A DNA stretch of 62,597 nt, counting the filler, from Stramenopiles sp. TOSAG23-3 (lineage: Eukaryota): assembly GCA_900128585.1 (NCBI GenBank). It is 23 parts of 23 records of this genome, joined end to end, with 100 filler letters (N's around TTAATTAATTAA, not from the genome) between each part and the next. Parts side by side here need not be neighbours in the genome. Positions count along the whole stretch, not along the records: positions 10,960 to 13,597 come from LT644679.1; positions 13,698 to 16,333 come from LT644680.1; positions 16,434 to 19,069 come from LT644681.1; positions 19,170 to 21,804 come from LT644682.1; 19 more parts are not named here. One strand, given 5' to 3'. The notes beneath the pieces are model-generated. The model was given only the letters and a program-made list of their open reading frames with translations. It searched no databases and was not told the origin of the DNA. The translations under genes and the position numbers were made by a program. Shown one piece after another: positions 10,962 through 20,710 of the stretch (position 1 is its first letter; every line of letters begins with the position of its first letter).

Positions 10962-11798
10962 CGTGGCCCAGGCTTCCGGCTTCCGGCAGCACAAAATTTC
11001 TGCCCACTTCCCAGTGATTTTGAACCCAGCGCCAACGAGATAGTCGAGGCCGTAGAACGGGCTTACGAGGACGGGCAAGAGGCACCAAACGATATTGTCT
11101 TTGACAACGTTTTGGGGGAGCCGACAATGAAAATGGACACACTGTTAGAAGCCGCGGCTAAGATCAAAGAACGGAGACACGGCGTTCCCCTGACCGTCAA
11201 AACAAACGGTTTGTGTGGGGCAGACGGTGCAGCCCTGTTGGCTACGGCGGACCCAGGGGATAATTTTGGCCTAAAGAACTTGCATGTAAATGTTCTGCTA
11301 ATGGCCCACAATCCTCCCGACTACGTAAAAATGATGGCCCCGAAGGAACCTTTCTCCCAAGGGGCTGCGGGATTTGGTCAAGTGTGCAGCTTTGTGGTGA
11401 CTTTGGTGGAGCAGCTTGGCAGCGATTATGTAACTTGCACTGCGGTAGACGGGCCCGGCGTGGACTTGCGCGCAACGAAGGCCTTGTCCTCGTCGTTGGG
11501 AGCTGGGCATTTTGAGGCATTGCCCTTCGTAGGAAACGACTTTTACAGCGTACTTGGGATCGACAGCAATGGTTGCAACACTTCGGTGACCGTGGAAGAG
11601 ATAAAGGGCGCATACACGGAGTTGGCCAAAGAGTTGCACCCGGACAAACATGGGGGGGTTTCCGAGGATGAATTGGAGAAATTGGAGAAACGTTTTGCTG
11701 AAGTCACCATGGCCTACAAGACTTTGTCTGGCAAAACCTCTAGAGTGGCGTACGACCTATCGTCTGCAGAATCCCTCTTGGGGAAGACGTCTCGGTAA
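10962..11798 (+). CDS. Radical-SAM-like (TatD-associated type) domain fused to a C-terminal J-domain; 5' partial
   Basis: EPSANEIVEAV..IVFDNVLGEPT..TVKTNGL; then DFYSVLGI..EIKGAYTELAKELHPDK..RFAEVTMAYKTLS (HPD motif). Confidence 0.7.
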   Translation, partial: RGPGFRLPAAQNFCPLPSDFEPSANEIVEAVERAYEDGQEAPNDIVFDNVLGEPTMKMDTLLEAAAKIKERRHGVPLTVKTNGLCGADGAALLATADPGDNFGLKNLHVNVLLMAHNPPDYVKMMAPKEPFSQGAAGFGQVCSFVVTLVEQLGSDYVTCTAVDGPGVDLRATKALSSSLGAGHFEALPFVGNDFYSVLGIDSNGCNTSVTVEEIKGAYTELAKELHPDKHGGVSEDELEKLEKRFAEVTMAYKTLSGKTSRVAYDLSSAESLLGKTSR

Positions 11799-12359
11799 GA
11801 AGCAGGGGGTGGACGACGTCTGCTGCAAAGGAAGAAAAAGCACATATAACTATAAAATAATGTATAACTTTAATTCCTTTTTTGTACTTTGTACAAAGTA
11901 TTAACAAATTTTAGACAAAAACTGAATAATATTATGATTTATATGCTTTTAAAAACAAAAATTGGCTGTTATTTAAAAAAAAAATTATGGCTGGTTATTT
12001 AAGTTTTAATTTAGAAGTAAAATATTATTTAAAAAATGAAATGTACTGCGAACTTAACTCTACTGTGGTGATGTTTAGTAAATCAATATTCCCTCTTGTC
12101 ACTCTTAGTCTTGACTATCATTTTCATGTGTGTACTCCATGCATGATCCGCATCAGTGTGTGTGTAATTGCGTCGATGTCAAAAGACCCAGTAGTTAACT
12201 TCCTCATCCAATGTCTCACTCATAGATGAATCATTCCTTGTGTAGTTTTCCACGCAGCGGCGTGAATGTTTTAAATGTGCTCGTTGTCCGTCTTGTAAAC
12301 CAAACGAGCAATTGTCATTATTAGGCTTTGAAAATGATTTAAAAATGTTTGTGAGAGTA

Positions 12360-13595
12360 TTAGAGCACGACAGTGTTTTTCCTTTCAAGATCTTCTACGT
12401 ACTTTGCACTTAGTGGGCGAGTGTCTTTGCCCGGCAAAACTGCCCCAGTAAAAGGCATGGTTTGACGCAAGATATAATTGTTTGAAGTTCGCAACGACGC
12501 CAGCTGCCTTGCCCGGGCGGATGAGCGTGGCATAGCGGAGTAGGGGCGTTGGCGTACATTTGCTGCATTTTTCTCTTTCAACGCTTGGTGCTCACTTTTT
12601 ACAACGCTCGATTTAGTGCGTCTTTTTCGCCCACCCAGCAGGCCCTGTCTTTTTGCCAAACCGCTCCTTCCTGGGACAAGGCCTCCGGTCGCTCTGAAAC
12701 GATTTGCCGAAGCACTGTATGCGGACGAGGGGCGGATGCCGCTCACTTCAGTTGCACCGTTCCCATCAAAAAGCAGGTCAGAAAATAGATTGTAATCTCT
12801 GTGGTTGAATTTTTGGGCATGTTCTTCGTCAAACTTTATGCTATGGGATTCCCCAACCTTTGGCCCCTTTCTGTGCTTGCTGGCGCTGATCACTGCACGG
12901 CGATCGTGGTGAAAAATGGACGGCTCGCTGTTCACCAGGGAGCCACTATCGTTCGCATGCACGAGGTAAGCGCTACCGGCAAGCATTGAGGGACCAGACA
13001 TGGAACTTTTGCTACCGAGCGAAAGCGGGGGGCCTGTGCAGCCCTTTGCTTCGTGGGCGGAGGCGTTCAAAAGCGGGGAATTGGCCAGCTCTAACGCCGA
13101 CCTCATCTCTTCGAGCCCTCCCAGAAAGGAAGGGGCGTCTCTGCCCCGCTGGTACCCTGTCTCCCGGTTTCTTCTGCTCCGCGATCGGCCAGCCTCATTC
13201 CGTTTGCGCCTGAGGGATTTTCTAAAACTTTTCGGCACTTTTTTTCCATAGCCGCTAGCACACGCTGCTTTAATGTGCCCCAAGTAAGCAGTGTCTTCCA
13301 ATTCCACCTCATACAATTCTGCTTTGTTCATGTGGCATTTGAGCGCCCTTGGCAACGTTATCTGGGGGTTGCGATGAAACTCTTGAAACAGCCGCAGCTT
13401 CGACTGGCTCGCCATTATTCTCATGGAGAGGGGAACATTTGTATCGATGAAGGACCGGGATCTCTCGACGGTCTTCTTGTGCAGCGCTTTCTGCCGATTG
13501 ATAACGTATTTGACCGCCGTAGCGCTGTGCCGCTTCAGATCCTTGGTCAACGGCTCCATCCGAATACTTTTCACCTTGTGCGCCACACAGGCCTT
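12360..13595 (-). CDS. Hypothetical basic, Ser/Arg-rich protein, 5' partial
   Basis: 408-aa ORF reaching the contig edge; RPxSA motifs; no confident domain. Confidence 0.6.
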   Translation of the reverse strand, partial: KACVAHKVKSIRMEPLTKDLKRHSATAVKYVINRQKALHKKTVERSRSFIDTNVPLSMRIMASQSKLRLFQEFHRNPQITLPRALKCHMNKAELYEVELEDTAYLGHIKAACASGYGKKVPKSFRKSLRRKRNEAGRSRSRRNRETGYQRGRDAPSFLGGLEEMRSALELANSPLLNASAHEAKGCTGPPLSLGSKSSMSGPSMLAGSAYLVHANDSGSLVNSEPSIFHHDRRAVISASKHRKGPKVGESHSIKFDEEHAQKFNHRDYNLFSDLLFDGNGATEVSGIRPSSAYSASANRFRATGGLVPGRSGLAKRQGLLGGRKRRTKSSVVKSEHQALKEKNAANVRQRPYSAMPRSSARARQLASLRTSNNYILRQTMPFTGAVLPGKDTRPLSAKYVEDLERKNTVVL

Positions 13596-13698
13596 CTNNN
13601 NNNNNNNNNNNNNNNNNNNNNNNNNNNNNNNNNNNNNNNNNTTAATTAATTAANNNNNNNNNNNNNNNNNNNNNNNNNNNNNNNNNNNNNNNNNNNNC

Positions 13699-14127
13699 AA
13701 TATAGGAGATGAAGGCTGCCGAACAATCGCTCCGGCCTTAAGAACAATGCCAAACTTGAAGGAGCTTTCTTTGGGTAACAACAATATTGGAGATGAAGGC
13801 TGCCGAACAATCGCTCCTGCCTTAAGAACAATGCCAAACTTGAAGAAGCTTCGTTTGTCTTACAACAATATAGGAGATGAAGGTCTTGCTGTGTTGATTA
13901 ATGTTGTTGATGCTATTCCAATGCTGGATGATCTTTTTTTGTATGGTAATAAGATTGGTAATGTTGGTTGTCAATGTCTTCTTGAGTTAATTGAAAATGA
14001 TTCGTTACAATCATTGCGTTATCTTGATTTGAGTTATAACCCCAATATCTCATCTGAAGAATTAAAAACCAAATTCAAAAGAGTTTGGAGTGAAAAAGGA
14101 AAGAATCCGACTTGGTTAGACTTTTAA
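13699..14127 (+). CDS. LRR protein copy A (28-aa RI-like repeats), 5' partial
   Basis: NIGDEGCRTIAPALRTMPNLxxLxLxxN repeats of 84 bp; C-cap SSEELKTKFKRVWSEKGK. Confidence 0.9.
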   Translation, partial: NIGDEGCRTIAPALRTMPNLKELSLGNNNIGDEGCRTIAPALRTMPNLKKLRLSYNNIGDEGLAVLINVVDAIPMLDDLFLYGNKIGNVGCQCLLELIENDSLQSLRYLDLSYNPNISSEELKTKFKRVWSEKGKNPTWLDF

Positions 14128-14769
14128 TTAACTTTTTAATTCTTTAAAAGTAAATCTAAATTATTATTCATTAATCCTATGCTGTGTCTATATTAATTTA
14201 TGTATTTTTAATAACTTTTTGAACTAAAAAAAACACGAAATTCAATCAACAAAAAACGATTTGAACTTTTAAAGTTATCAGAAAAGAAAGAAAGAAGTTT
14301 AAAAGGAAAAGAAAGGAACAAAACGAAACGAAAAGGGAAACAAAATGAATTGAAATGTACAGAAACGCACATCATACGACAAGATTTAGATGTATTGTTT
14401 AATCAATGGTAATTTGTCTGCGAGTTTCTTACGGCAAAGGAACCATGCATGGTCGAAGGGTTAGTCGATGTCCCGTTGGCGTGAACCTGGGGTCTTTCGT
14501 TGTTGAATTGCTGCCTTTGTTTCAAGAGTCCTGTTCTAATGGTTTATGATTAACTGCGAACAACTGGGAGCTTTTATTTCCTACCAACACGATGTTCTAA
14601 TAATAGTAGGAAATTAAGTTGCAGAGTGTAACGAATGATTCTGATCTTGGACAAGTCGTTCGTCTGTGCCATGACAGGTTTCACCCAGAGATGGCCAGAC
14701 GGCAGAGCCTGATAAGCGTTCATTTTGCATGCGTCTTTGAGGAACCACGTGGCTTTTGGAAGTGGAGCG

Positions 14770-15380
14770 CAGGGATACGCGAGGGCATTTTCCCTTTCAA
14801 TACGATTAGACAGCACGTTTGAACCCATCGCGGCGGCATGTCGGCCAAAGGCAACCGCGAGCGAGGCGCTGACGTGGGCCGCGTTTCCTTCATCGACATG
14901 GGCGTCCGAAGCCTCTTCGTAAATGGCCAATCGGCCATTTTTGCCGTCGTCTTTTAGGATCCCAGTGGCCTTCGGAAGCGCGCGGAAGGGTTGCAAGGGG
15001 TATTTCCCGTTTCAACACGATTAGACAGCACGTTTGAATCAATCCCGGCGGCATGTCGGCCAAAGGCAACTGCGAGCGAGGCGCTGACGTGGGTCGCGTT
15101 TCCTTCGTCGACATGGGCGTCCCTTAGCTCCTTGTAAATGGCAATTCGGCCATTTTTGCCGTCGTCTTTTAGGAACCCAGTAGCCTTCGGAAGCGCGCGG
15201 AAGGGTTGCGAGGGGTCTTTCCCGTTTCAATACAATTATAAACCACGTTTGAACCCATCGCGGCGGCATGTCGGCCAAAGGCAACCGCGAGCGAAGCCCT
15301 GACGTGGGCCGCGTTTCCTTCGTCGACATGGGCGTCCCTGAGCCGCTTGTAAATGGCAATGCAGCCGTTTTTTTTGCCGT
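14770..15380. repeat. About 2.8 tandem copies of a ~215-bp GC-rich unit
   Basis: tttcaa(t/c)ac(g/a)atta recurs at ~14795, 15010 and 15225; shared core gcggcatgtcggccaaaggcaac...gacgtggg. Confidence 0.9.
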
Positions 15381-15473
15381 AATTAACTTTTTAATTCTTT
15401 AAAGTAAATATCTCCTTATTATTATTCTGAGATTCTCTTAACTTAATATGAATCCTACATTCCTCTTGCCCGT

Positions 15474-16046
15474 TCACCACCCTGCATCGAGCTCGCCGGC
15501 CAACATCCTATCAAAAGCTTTCAGGTCTGGGTTGCAACAGGGACACTGAAACGGGTGGGATTCACCAGAAGATTTAGACGACGATGCCGAGGAGGACGTA
15601 CCCCCGTCTCCCTTTTCGTCCAAGGAACAAAATTTTGTGACGAACGTTTTAACATCCGCCAGAGTGACATCCACCATGGGCTTGAATATTTTCCCATTTT
15701 TGCTGGACGACCGTTCTTTCGAGAAAACAATAACGACTTCGACGGGGGCACAGCCCGGGATATAACACCTAACTTCTTGGACCATGGACACTTTGTAACC
15801 TTCGAACGCGGACGGTCCACCCTTTTTTTCACTCAAGTATTGCTTAAATTCTTCCTCGCACCACCCGCGGACTCTATCGATATTCTTCAGTTTCTCCTCT
15901 TCCGCCTTTTTCTTTGCACCTTCTTTTGCATCAACCCCCGATCTTTTCACCGCAGCGTCGTTGCCCCCTTTCTCCCCCGCTGGTTTCTTTGCAATTGGCG
16001 CACAGACCCCCGCTTGAAGATTTAACGCGCTCGCACCAAAGTTCAT
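15474..16046 (-). CDS. Hypothetical protein with CxxPGC and CPCC motifs
   Basis: Complete 190-aa ORF; EVRCYIPGCAPVEVVI...KIFKPMVDVTLADV; HPFQCPCCNPD. Confidence 0.7.
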   Translation of the reverse strand: MNFGASALNLQAGVCAPIAKKPAGEKGGNDAAVKRSGVDAKEGAKKKAEEEKLKNIDRVRGWCEEEFKQYLSEKKGGPSAFEGYKVSMVQEVRCYIPGCAPVEVVIVFSKERSSSKNGKIFKPMVDVTLADVKTFVTKFCSLDEKGDGGTSSSASSSKSSGESHPFQCPCCNPDLKAFDRMLAGELDAGW

Positions 16047-16433
16047 CTTCGTTCGTTTGCGTCAATATGTATTACGTCGTCTCGTCGTGCGGGTAAACAA
16101 ACGCCCGAACACAACAATCACAAAACACACCAAACTCACAAACAAACAAATTCATTTCGACAAACAATACCTCCTTTGTTCTTTCTTCATTTCATTATTC
16201 TTTTTTTCCCCGAAGAAGAAAAGAACTACTAACTTTTTTTACTAAAAAAAAAAAGAATACCATCACGAAGTTTCACAGCGTGGAAGGCACGGCCCTGCAC
16301 GGTTCGCCCGTGGTTGGCCACCCCTCGTTGCCGNNNNNNNNNNNNNNNNNNNNNNNNNNNNNNNNNNNNNNNNNNNNTTAATTAATTAANNNNNNNNNNN
16401 NNNNNNNNNNNNNNNNNNNNNNNNNNNNNNNNN

Positions 16434-16708
16434 TTGGTCAGCAGCGACTTGTAATACTCCAAGAAGCCGAACTGGCACGACATGTACGGGATGACCCTCA
16501 AAACAGCAGCACTATTCCCCCTCCAAAACCCAAAGAAACCTTCCTCTTTAAATATGTTTGGCAATATATGCCGATAACCTCTCTGCCCGCCGGACCGGTC
16601 AATTTGATAAATAATTTTAACTCGCTCAATTGGCGCTACGCACGTACGAGCCACCGCACCAGAGGCCCCACCAGCGGCAATGTGAACTAGGGTCCCATCC
16701 TGCTTCAT
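16434..16708 (-). CDS. Mitochondrial carrier (SLC25; CoA/Graves-carrier-like), 3' partial
   Basis: AGGASGAVARTCVAPIERVK (Px[DE]xx[KR]) and GFWRGNSAAVLRVIPY. Confidence 0.9.
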
Positions 16709-17613
16709 ATCCCTTCTTGATAACCGACGCTTTTCCAAAGTGACGGAACCAATTCAAACAACTATCAATAACTTGGTACTTTAAACCCAACGATTGATAC
16801 GTTTATTGCACAGCCGTTAAGAATTTACTTCTGCTTACACATTCTATTAGGATAAATGTCATTTCTTCTCTGTGTAAAAATGTGGTTGGTCGTCATCGTG
16901 CTACACTGTATACCCCACCATCGTGCATTAATAATAATAATACTACAGCGTCGTGGTAATGGAAAAAATAGAATGATTGCTTTCTTTATTTAAAAAAAAT
17001 AATTCAATCATATAGAAATAGCATTGAAACGATTGAAGCAACGGAATCGATGGCGGCGATGAGCGATGGAATGAGCGAGAGAAGAAGAAGAAGAAGAAGA
17101 AGAAGAAGAAGAAAAAGAAGAATATAATGACCTCTCAATGTCTTCAATGCTATGTATATATTAATGGAACAACGTTTACATTTATCTCAATAGTGTTCCG
17201 TTATTAAATTAAGAGAAAAATGTACTCCTCCATATAATAGAGTTATATTATAGGGTTATATCTTCAATATTTGGCGAGCTCATTTTTTTCATTTATTAAT
17301 AGTACGACATTACTTATAGTCTAATTTCCCTATTAGATAATTGAGGAATTGATGATTTTTAAGAAAGTAATAAGGAGGGGGGGGGGGGGGAAGGTTTCAG
17401 CGCATTTTTTGTGCGGGGACTCCATAAATCGTTGATTGGTAATTGGTTGTATGAAGTACAACTATTTATATTCTTAATCTTCATTTTATTTTAATCTTAC
17501 TATTATTAAATATCCATAAATAACCCTTGTTGTGTGAAAGTAATTTTCGTATTTTGGAAACACTCACTCCACACCGGAGCAGCTCCTCGTCGTCACATGT
17601 TGCTCCCCCCGGT

Positions 17614-17727
17614 AACGCCCTGCAGTACACATTACAAAATCACAAGCAAAGAGAACTGCCCTTCAAAAGAAACGCCCTGCATTACACATTACAAAATCAC
17701 AAGCAAAGAGAACTGCACTTCAAAAGA
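17614..17727 (+). repeat. 57-bp tandem duplication just upstream of an ATG
   Basis: aacgccctgca(g/t)tacacattacaaaatcacaagcaaagagaactgc(c/a)cttcaaaaga x2. Confidence 0.95.
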
Positions 17728-17761
17728 ATTAAACAACCGTTTGCCCTTCAAACCCCTCAAC

Positions 17762-18652
17762 ATGAAACTTGCCCTTGTTGCCCTCTTGGTCGCAGCACAT
17801 GTTGCTTCTGCGAATGGATTTGGCTACGATGATTACGATCAGACTCTTCCCCACTGCAACTCGTATTCCGAAGGTTTTTTAGGACGGTTAATGAAACAAA
17901 ACGCTGCCTGCAGCTGCAATGATGGCGAACGAAAAGTTGACAGTGGACGAAGAAGTTGGATCAAGTCCAAGACTGTTCAGGTATTTGAGAATGTTCTCGT
18001 AGACTTTCAGACATTCGCGCACGGAGATATTTACGTCAAGTCTGGTAATCTGGGCTCGTATTTCGTTTGTAGAAACCATAGGCAGGCACTGGATCTGATT
18101 ATTCGCGACTACGATCCATCACCCGAAGAGGGGGAAAAATTGGCCGACCATCTTGTGAATGTTTTGGCGAAGGGCTCGAAACCGCATATGCATCGAGTAT
18201 TCAAAAGTCGAAGATTGACGAGAAGATTGACGGAATACTTGCACAATATCCCAAACCCTCGGTCGTCAGGGATCTACGATGATTACGACCAGACTCTTCC
18301 TAACTGCAACAAAAAATATGTATTCGACAACGGGGACTTCAATATAGGGCTCCGATCCAAATCTGACGCTAGATGCAGCTGCAATGATGGCGAAAAGAAA
18401 GTAACGACAAACAAATTTCAGGACATTTTGGTGAGAAATAACCCTGAATCTGGAACCGGTTACGATTACGTTGGCAAACAATACGTTTGTAGAACTGCCG
18501 AAGAGGCAGTGACCCGTCTTGTTATTGACTACGATTTAAACGAAGAAGAGAGGTTATCAGCTGCCACACATCTTTGGGAAGTTACACGGGATGAATATGC
18601 CCCCACTCGTCGGCATCGAAGATTGAGAAGCTTGTATGACGACGAAGATTAA
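17762..18652 (+). CDS. Secreted protein with two Cys-containing internal repeats
   Basis: Signal peptide MKLALVALLVAAHVASA; YDDYDQTLPxCN...CSCNDGExKV...YxVCR twice; RRL motifs after each unit. Confidence 0.8.
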   Translation: MKLALVALLVAAHVASANGFGYDDYDQTLPHCNSYSEGFLGRLMKQNAACSCNDGERKVDSGRRSWIKSKTVQVFENVLVDFQTFAHGDIYVKSGNLGSYFVCRNHRQALDLIIRDYDPSPEEGEKLADHLVNVLAKGSKPHMHRVFKSRRLTRRLTEYLHNIPNPRSSGIYDDYDQTLPNCNKKYVFDNGDFNIGLRSKSDARCSCNDGEKKVTTNKFQDILVRNNPESGTGYDYVGKQYVCRTAEEAVTRLVIDYDLNEEERLSAATHLWEVTRDEYAPTRRHRRLRSLYDDED

Positions 18653-18990
18653 AACCCGGAACCTCTCGGTTTCCGAAAGTCATGTAAAGATTGGTGGAAA
18701 TGCAGGAGAGAAGTCATCTCTAGTCTCCTTCTATTTTATATGGTGTGTGGTGTTCTAGACGTATAGAAAATAATTTAAATTTTCTTCGTCGTAATACGGT
18801 AGTCTCCGCCCCGTACCTAGTAGTAATTCCAATAATAAAATATTCAACGCTAAAATTTCGACTGCAACGATGAATCTCACAACACCACTTCTGATATTTT
18901 TTTATATTATTAATAGAGACTGTTGTTTTTTTTTTTAATAGAGACTGGCGATGCCGACGCACATTGCGGCTGCCATACTATTGTACTTCC

Positions 18991-19069
18991 GTGCTGCTGT
19001 TTTGAGGGTCATCCCGTACATGTCGTGCCAGTTCGGCTTCTTGGAGTATTACAAGTCGCTGCTGACCAA
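18991..19069 (+). repeat. 79-bp perfect inverted copy of the contig start (16434-16512)
   Basis: Reverse complement is identical to ttggtcagcagcgac...aaacagcagcac. Confidence 0.95.
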
Positions 19070-19169
19070 NNNNNNNNNNNNNNNNNNNNNNNNNNNNNNN
19101 NNNNNNNNNNNNNTTAATTAATTAANNNNNNNNNNNNNNNNNNNNNNNNNNNNNNNNNNNNNNNNNNNN

Positions 19170-19340
19170 AAGAAGAAGAAGAAGAAGAAGAAGAAGAAGA
19201 AGAAAGAAGAAAGAAGAAGAAGAAGAAGAAGAAGAAGAAGAAGAAGAAAGAAGAAGAAGAAGAAGTAGAAAAAAAAAGAAGAAGAATTAAAAGAAGAAGA
19301 AGAATTAAAAGAAGAAGAAGAATTAAAAGAAGAAGAAGAG
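19170..19340 (+). repeat. (AAG)n microsatellite at contig edge
   Basis: Long agaagaaga tract; related AAG/AAAG-type tracts at 17081, 24645, 27190 and 46440. Confidence 0.95.
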
Positions 19341-19588
19341 AGACATAATTATAATAATTATATTATTTCTTTTTTCATCATCATTATTATTTTTTAAATT
19401 GGAGGATGTACATATTATATTATAGAAGATGACATGAAATTTTGTTAAATATGAAAAAGCTGTAACGATGAATGAATACGTTGGCGTGTATCGTTGCACG
19501 AGTTTTATTCTTTCCCTTTCTTATCCATTTTTTCGCTTCTGGTCGTCGACGATTATACATACATATACACAGATTATTACTAACGACG

Positions 19589-20599
19589 ATGAACACGCCA
19601 TACTTAGGGTCGACGATTACCGTAGTATCGAACCGAGACGTTCGGTACGAAGGGACTCTTAGTGCAATAGACACGACCAATTCCACGGTTACACTTCAGA
19701 ACGTCCGACATTTTGGGACCGAAGGGCGGGCGAGCAATGGGGGGCCGCAGATTCCTGGGTCGTCCACCGTGTACCCGGTGATCGTTTTTAACGGTGGCGA
19801 CATAAAAAACCTGGCCGTCAAGACGGCGGCCCCGACCCTACCGCAGGCGGCTCCGCAGCAGGCGAACGTGCCCCCCCCAGCGCCACAGACGCAACCGCAG
19901 GCGGCCCCTCAGCAGGCGAGCATGCCCCCCGCGGCGCCACAGACGCAAGCACGGGCCGCTCCGGAGCATGATCCTCGCCGCCAGCAACAGCACCAACAAC
20001 AACAGCAGCACCAACAACACCAACAACAACAGCAGCACCAACAACAGCAGCACCAACAACACCAACAACAACAGCAGCACCAACACCGACAGCAGCACCA
20101 ACACCGACAGCAGCAACAGCGGCGGCGAAAGCCCCAACAAAAGTTCGCTATCGGAACGGGCGGGTCTCTCCTACGGTTCCGGGAGCGTGGTCGGGACGCG
20201 GGCCGAGAGGACAACTCGCGGGCCGTGTTCAACTTTGAGGAACAGTTCAAAGAGTTTGATAAGGGGAAGGAACTAGAACGGTTGGGCCTCGGCGACGCTC
20301 CGAAGTCCGCAATGGAAGTTTTGAACGCGGCGCCCGCGCCTGCTGCGAAATCATTCTTTGACGATTTCTCTAGTGACAACTCGCGCTACGACCGGGACAA
20401 AGAGAGGCAGAAGAACATGGATGCGTTCGGGGCAGAGAGGCTGCAACGGGGTGGGCGCCGGGGCAGAGGCAACAGACGGAAACGAGGACGGGGACGCTCT
20501 AGGGGTAGGGGAAGAGGGCGTGGAGGACGGGGCCGCGGTCGCGGGCGGGGCAGAGGAAGGGGCCGGGGACGAGGACGGGGCCGCCAGAACGCACAATAA
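19589..20599 (+). CDS. LSM14: LSM14/Scd6/RAP55 P-body protein
   Basis: YLGSTITVVSNRDVRYEGTL (Lsm), FNFEEQFKEFDK (DFDF-like), KSFFDDFS (FFD), NMDAFG (TFG), C-terminal RG repeats, polyQ/H. Confidence 0.9.
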   Translation: MNTPYLGSTITVVSNRDVRYEGTLSAIDTTNSTVTLQNVRHFGTEGRASNGGPQIPGSSTVYPVIVFNGGDIKNLAVKTAAPTLPQAAPQQANVPPPAPQTQPQAAPQQASMPPAAPQTQARAAPEHDPRRQQQHQQQQQHQQHQQQQQHQQQQHQQHQQQQQHQHRQQHQHRQQQQRRRKPQQKFAIGTGGSLLRFRERGRDAGREDNSRAVFNFEEQFKEFDKGKELERLGLGDAPKSAMEVLNAAPAPAAKSFFDDFSSDNSRYDRDKERQKNMDAFGAERLQRGGRRGRGNRRKRGRGRSRGRGRGRGGRGRGRGRGRGRGRGRGRGRQNAQ

Positions 20600-20710
20600 T
20601 TTTTAAACCACATACAGCGAGCAATTCACATTCTACCAGTCTACTCCTCTTACCTCTTACAATGGAAAATCTTAACCACGCCTCGTGCGCACAACCGCTA
20701 ATATCTCCCT

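Noticed and set aside
12360-13586. CFAP97-like assignment from LHKKTVERSRSFIDTNVP
   Set aside because: The resemblance is too short to support without a profile search.
13699-14127. Diversity-generating retroelement as the cause of LRR variation
   Set aside because: No reverse transcriptase or template repeat is seen, and adenine-specific mutation cannot be shown from these copies.
14770-15380. CRISPR array or intact repeat-protein gene
   Set aside because: Units are ~215 bp with no unique spacers; indels interrupt all frames, so ORFs 14574-14996, 14890-15114 and 15039-15359 are not called as genes.
19838-20613. Antisense poly-Leu, poly-Cys and RP-repeat ORFs
   Set aside because: Shadow frames of the LSM14 polyQ/H and RG repeats.
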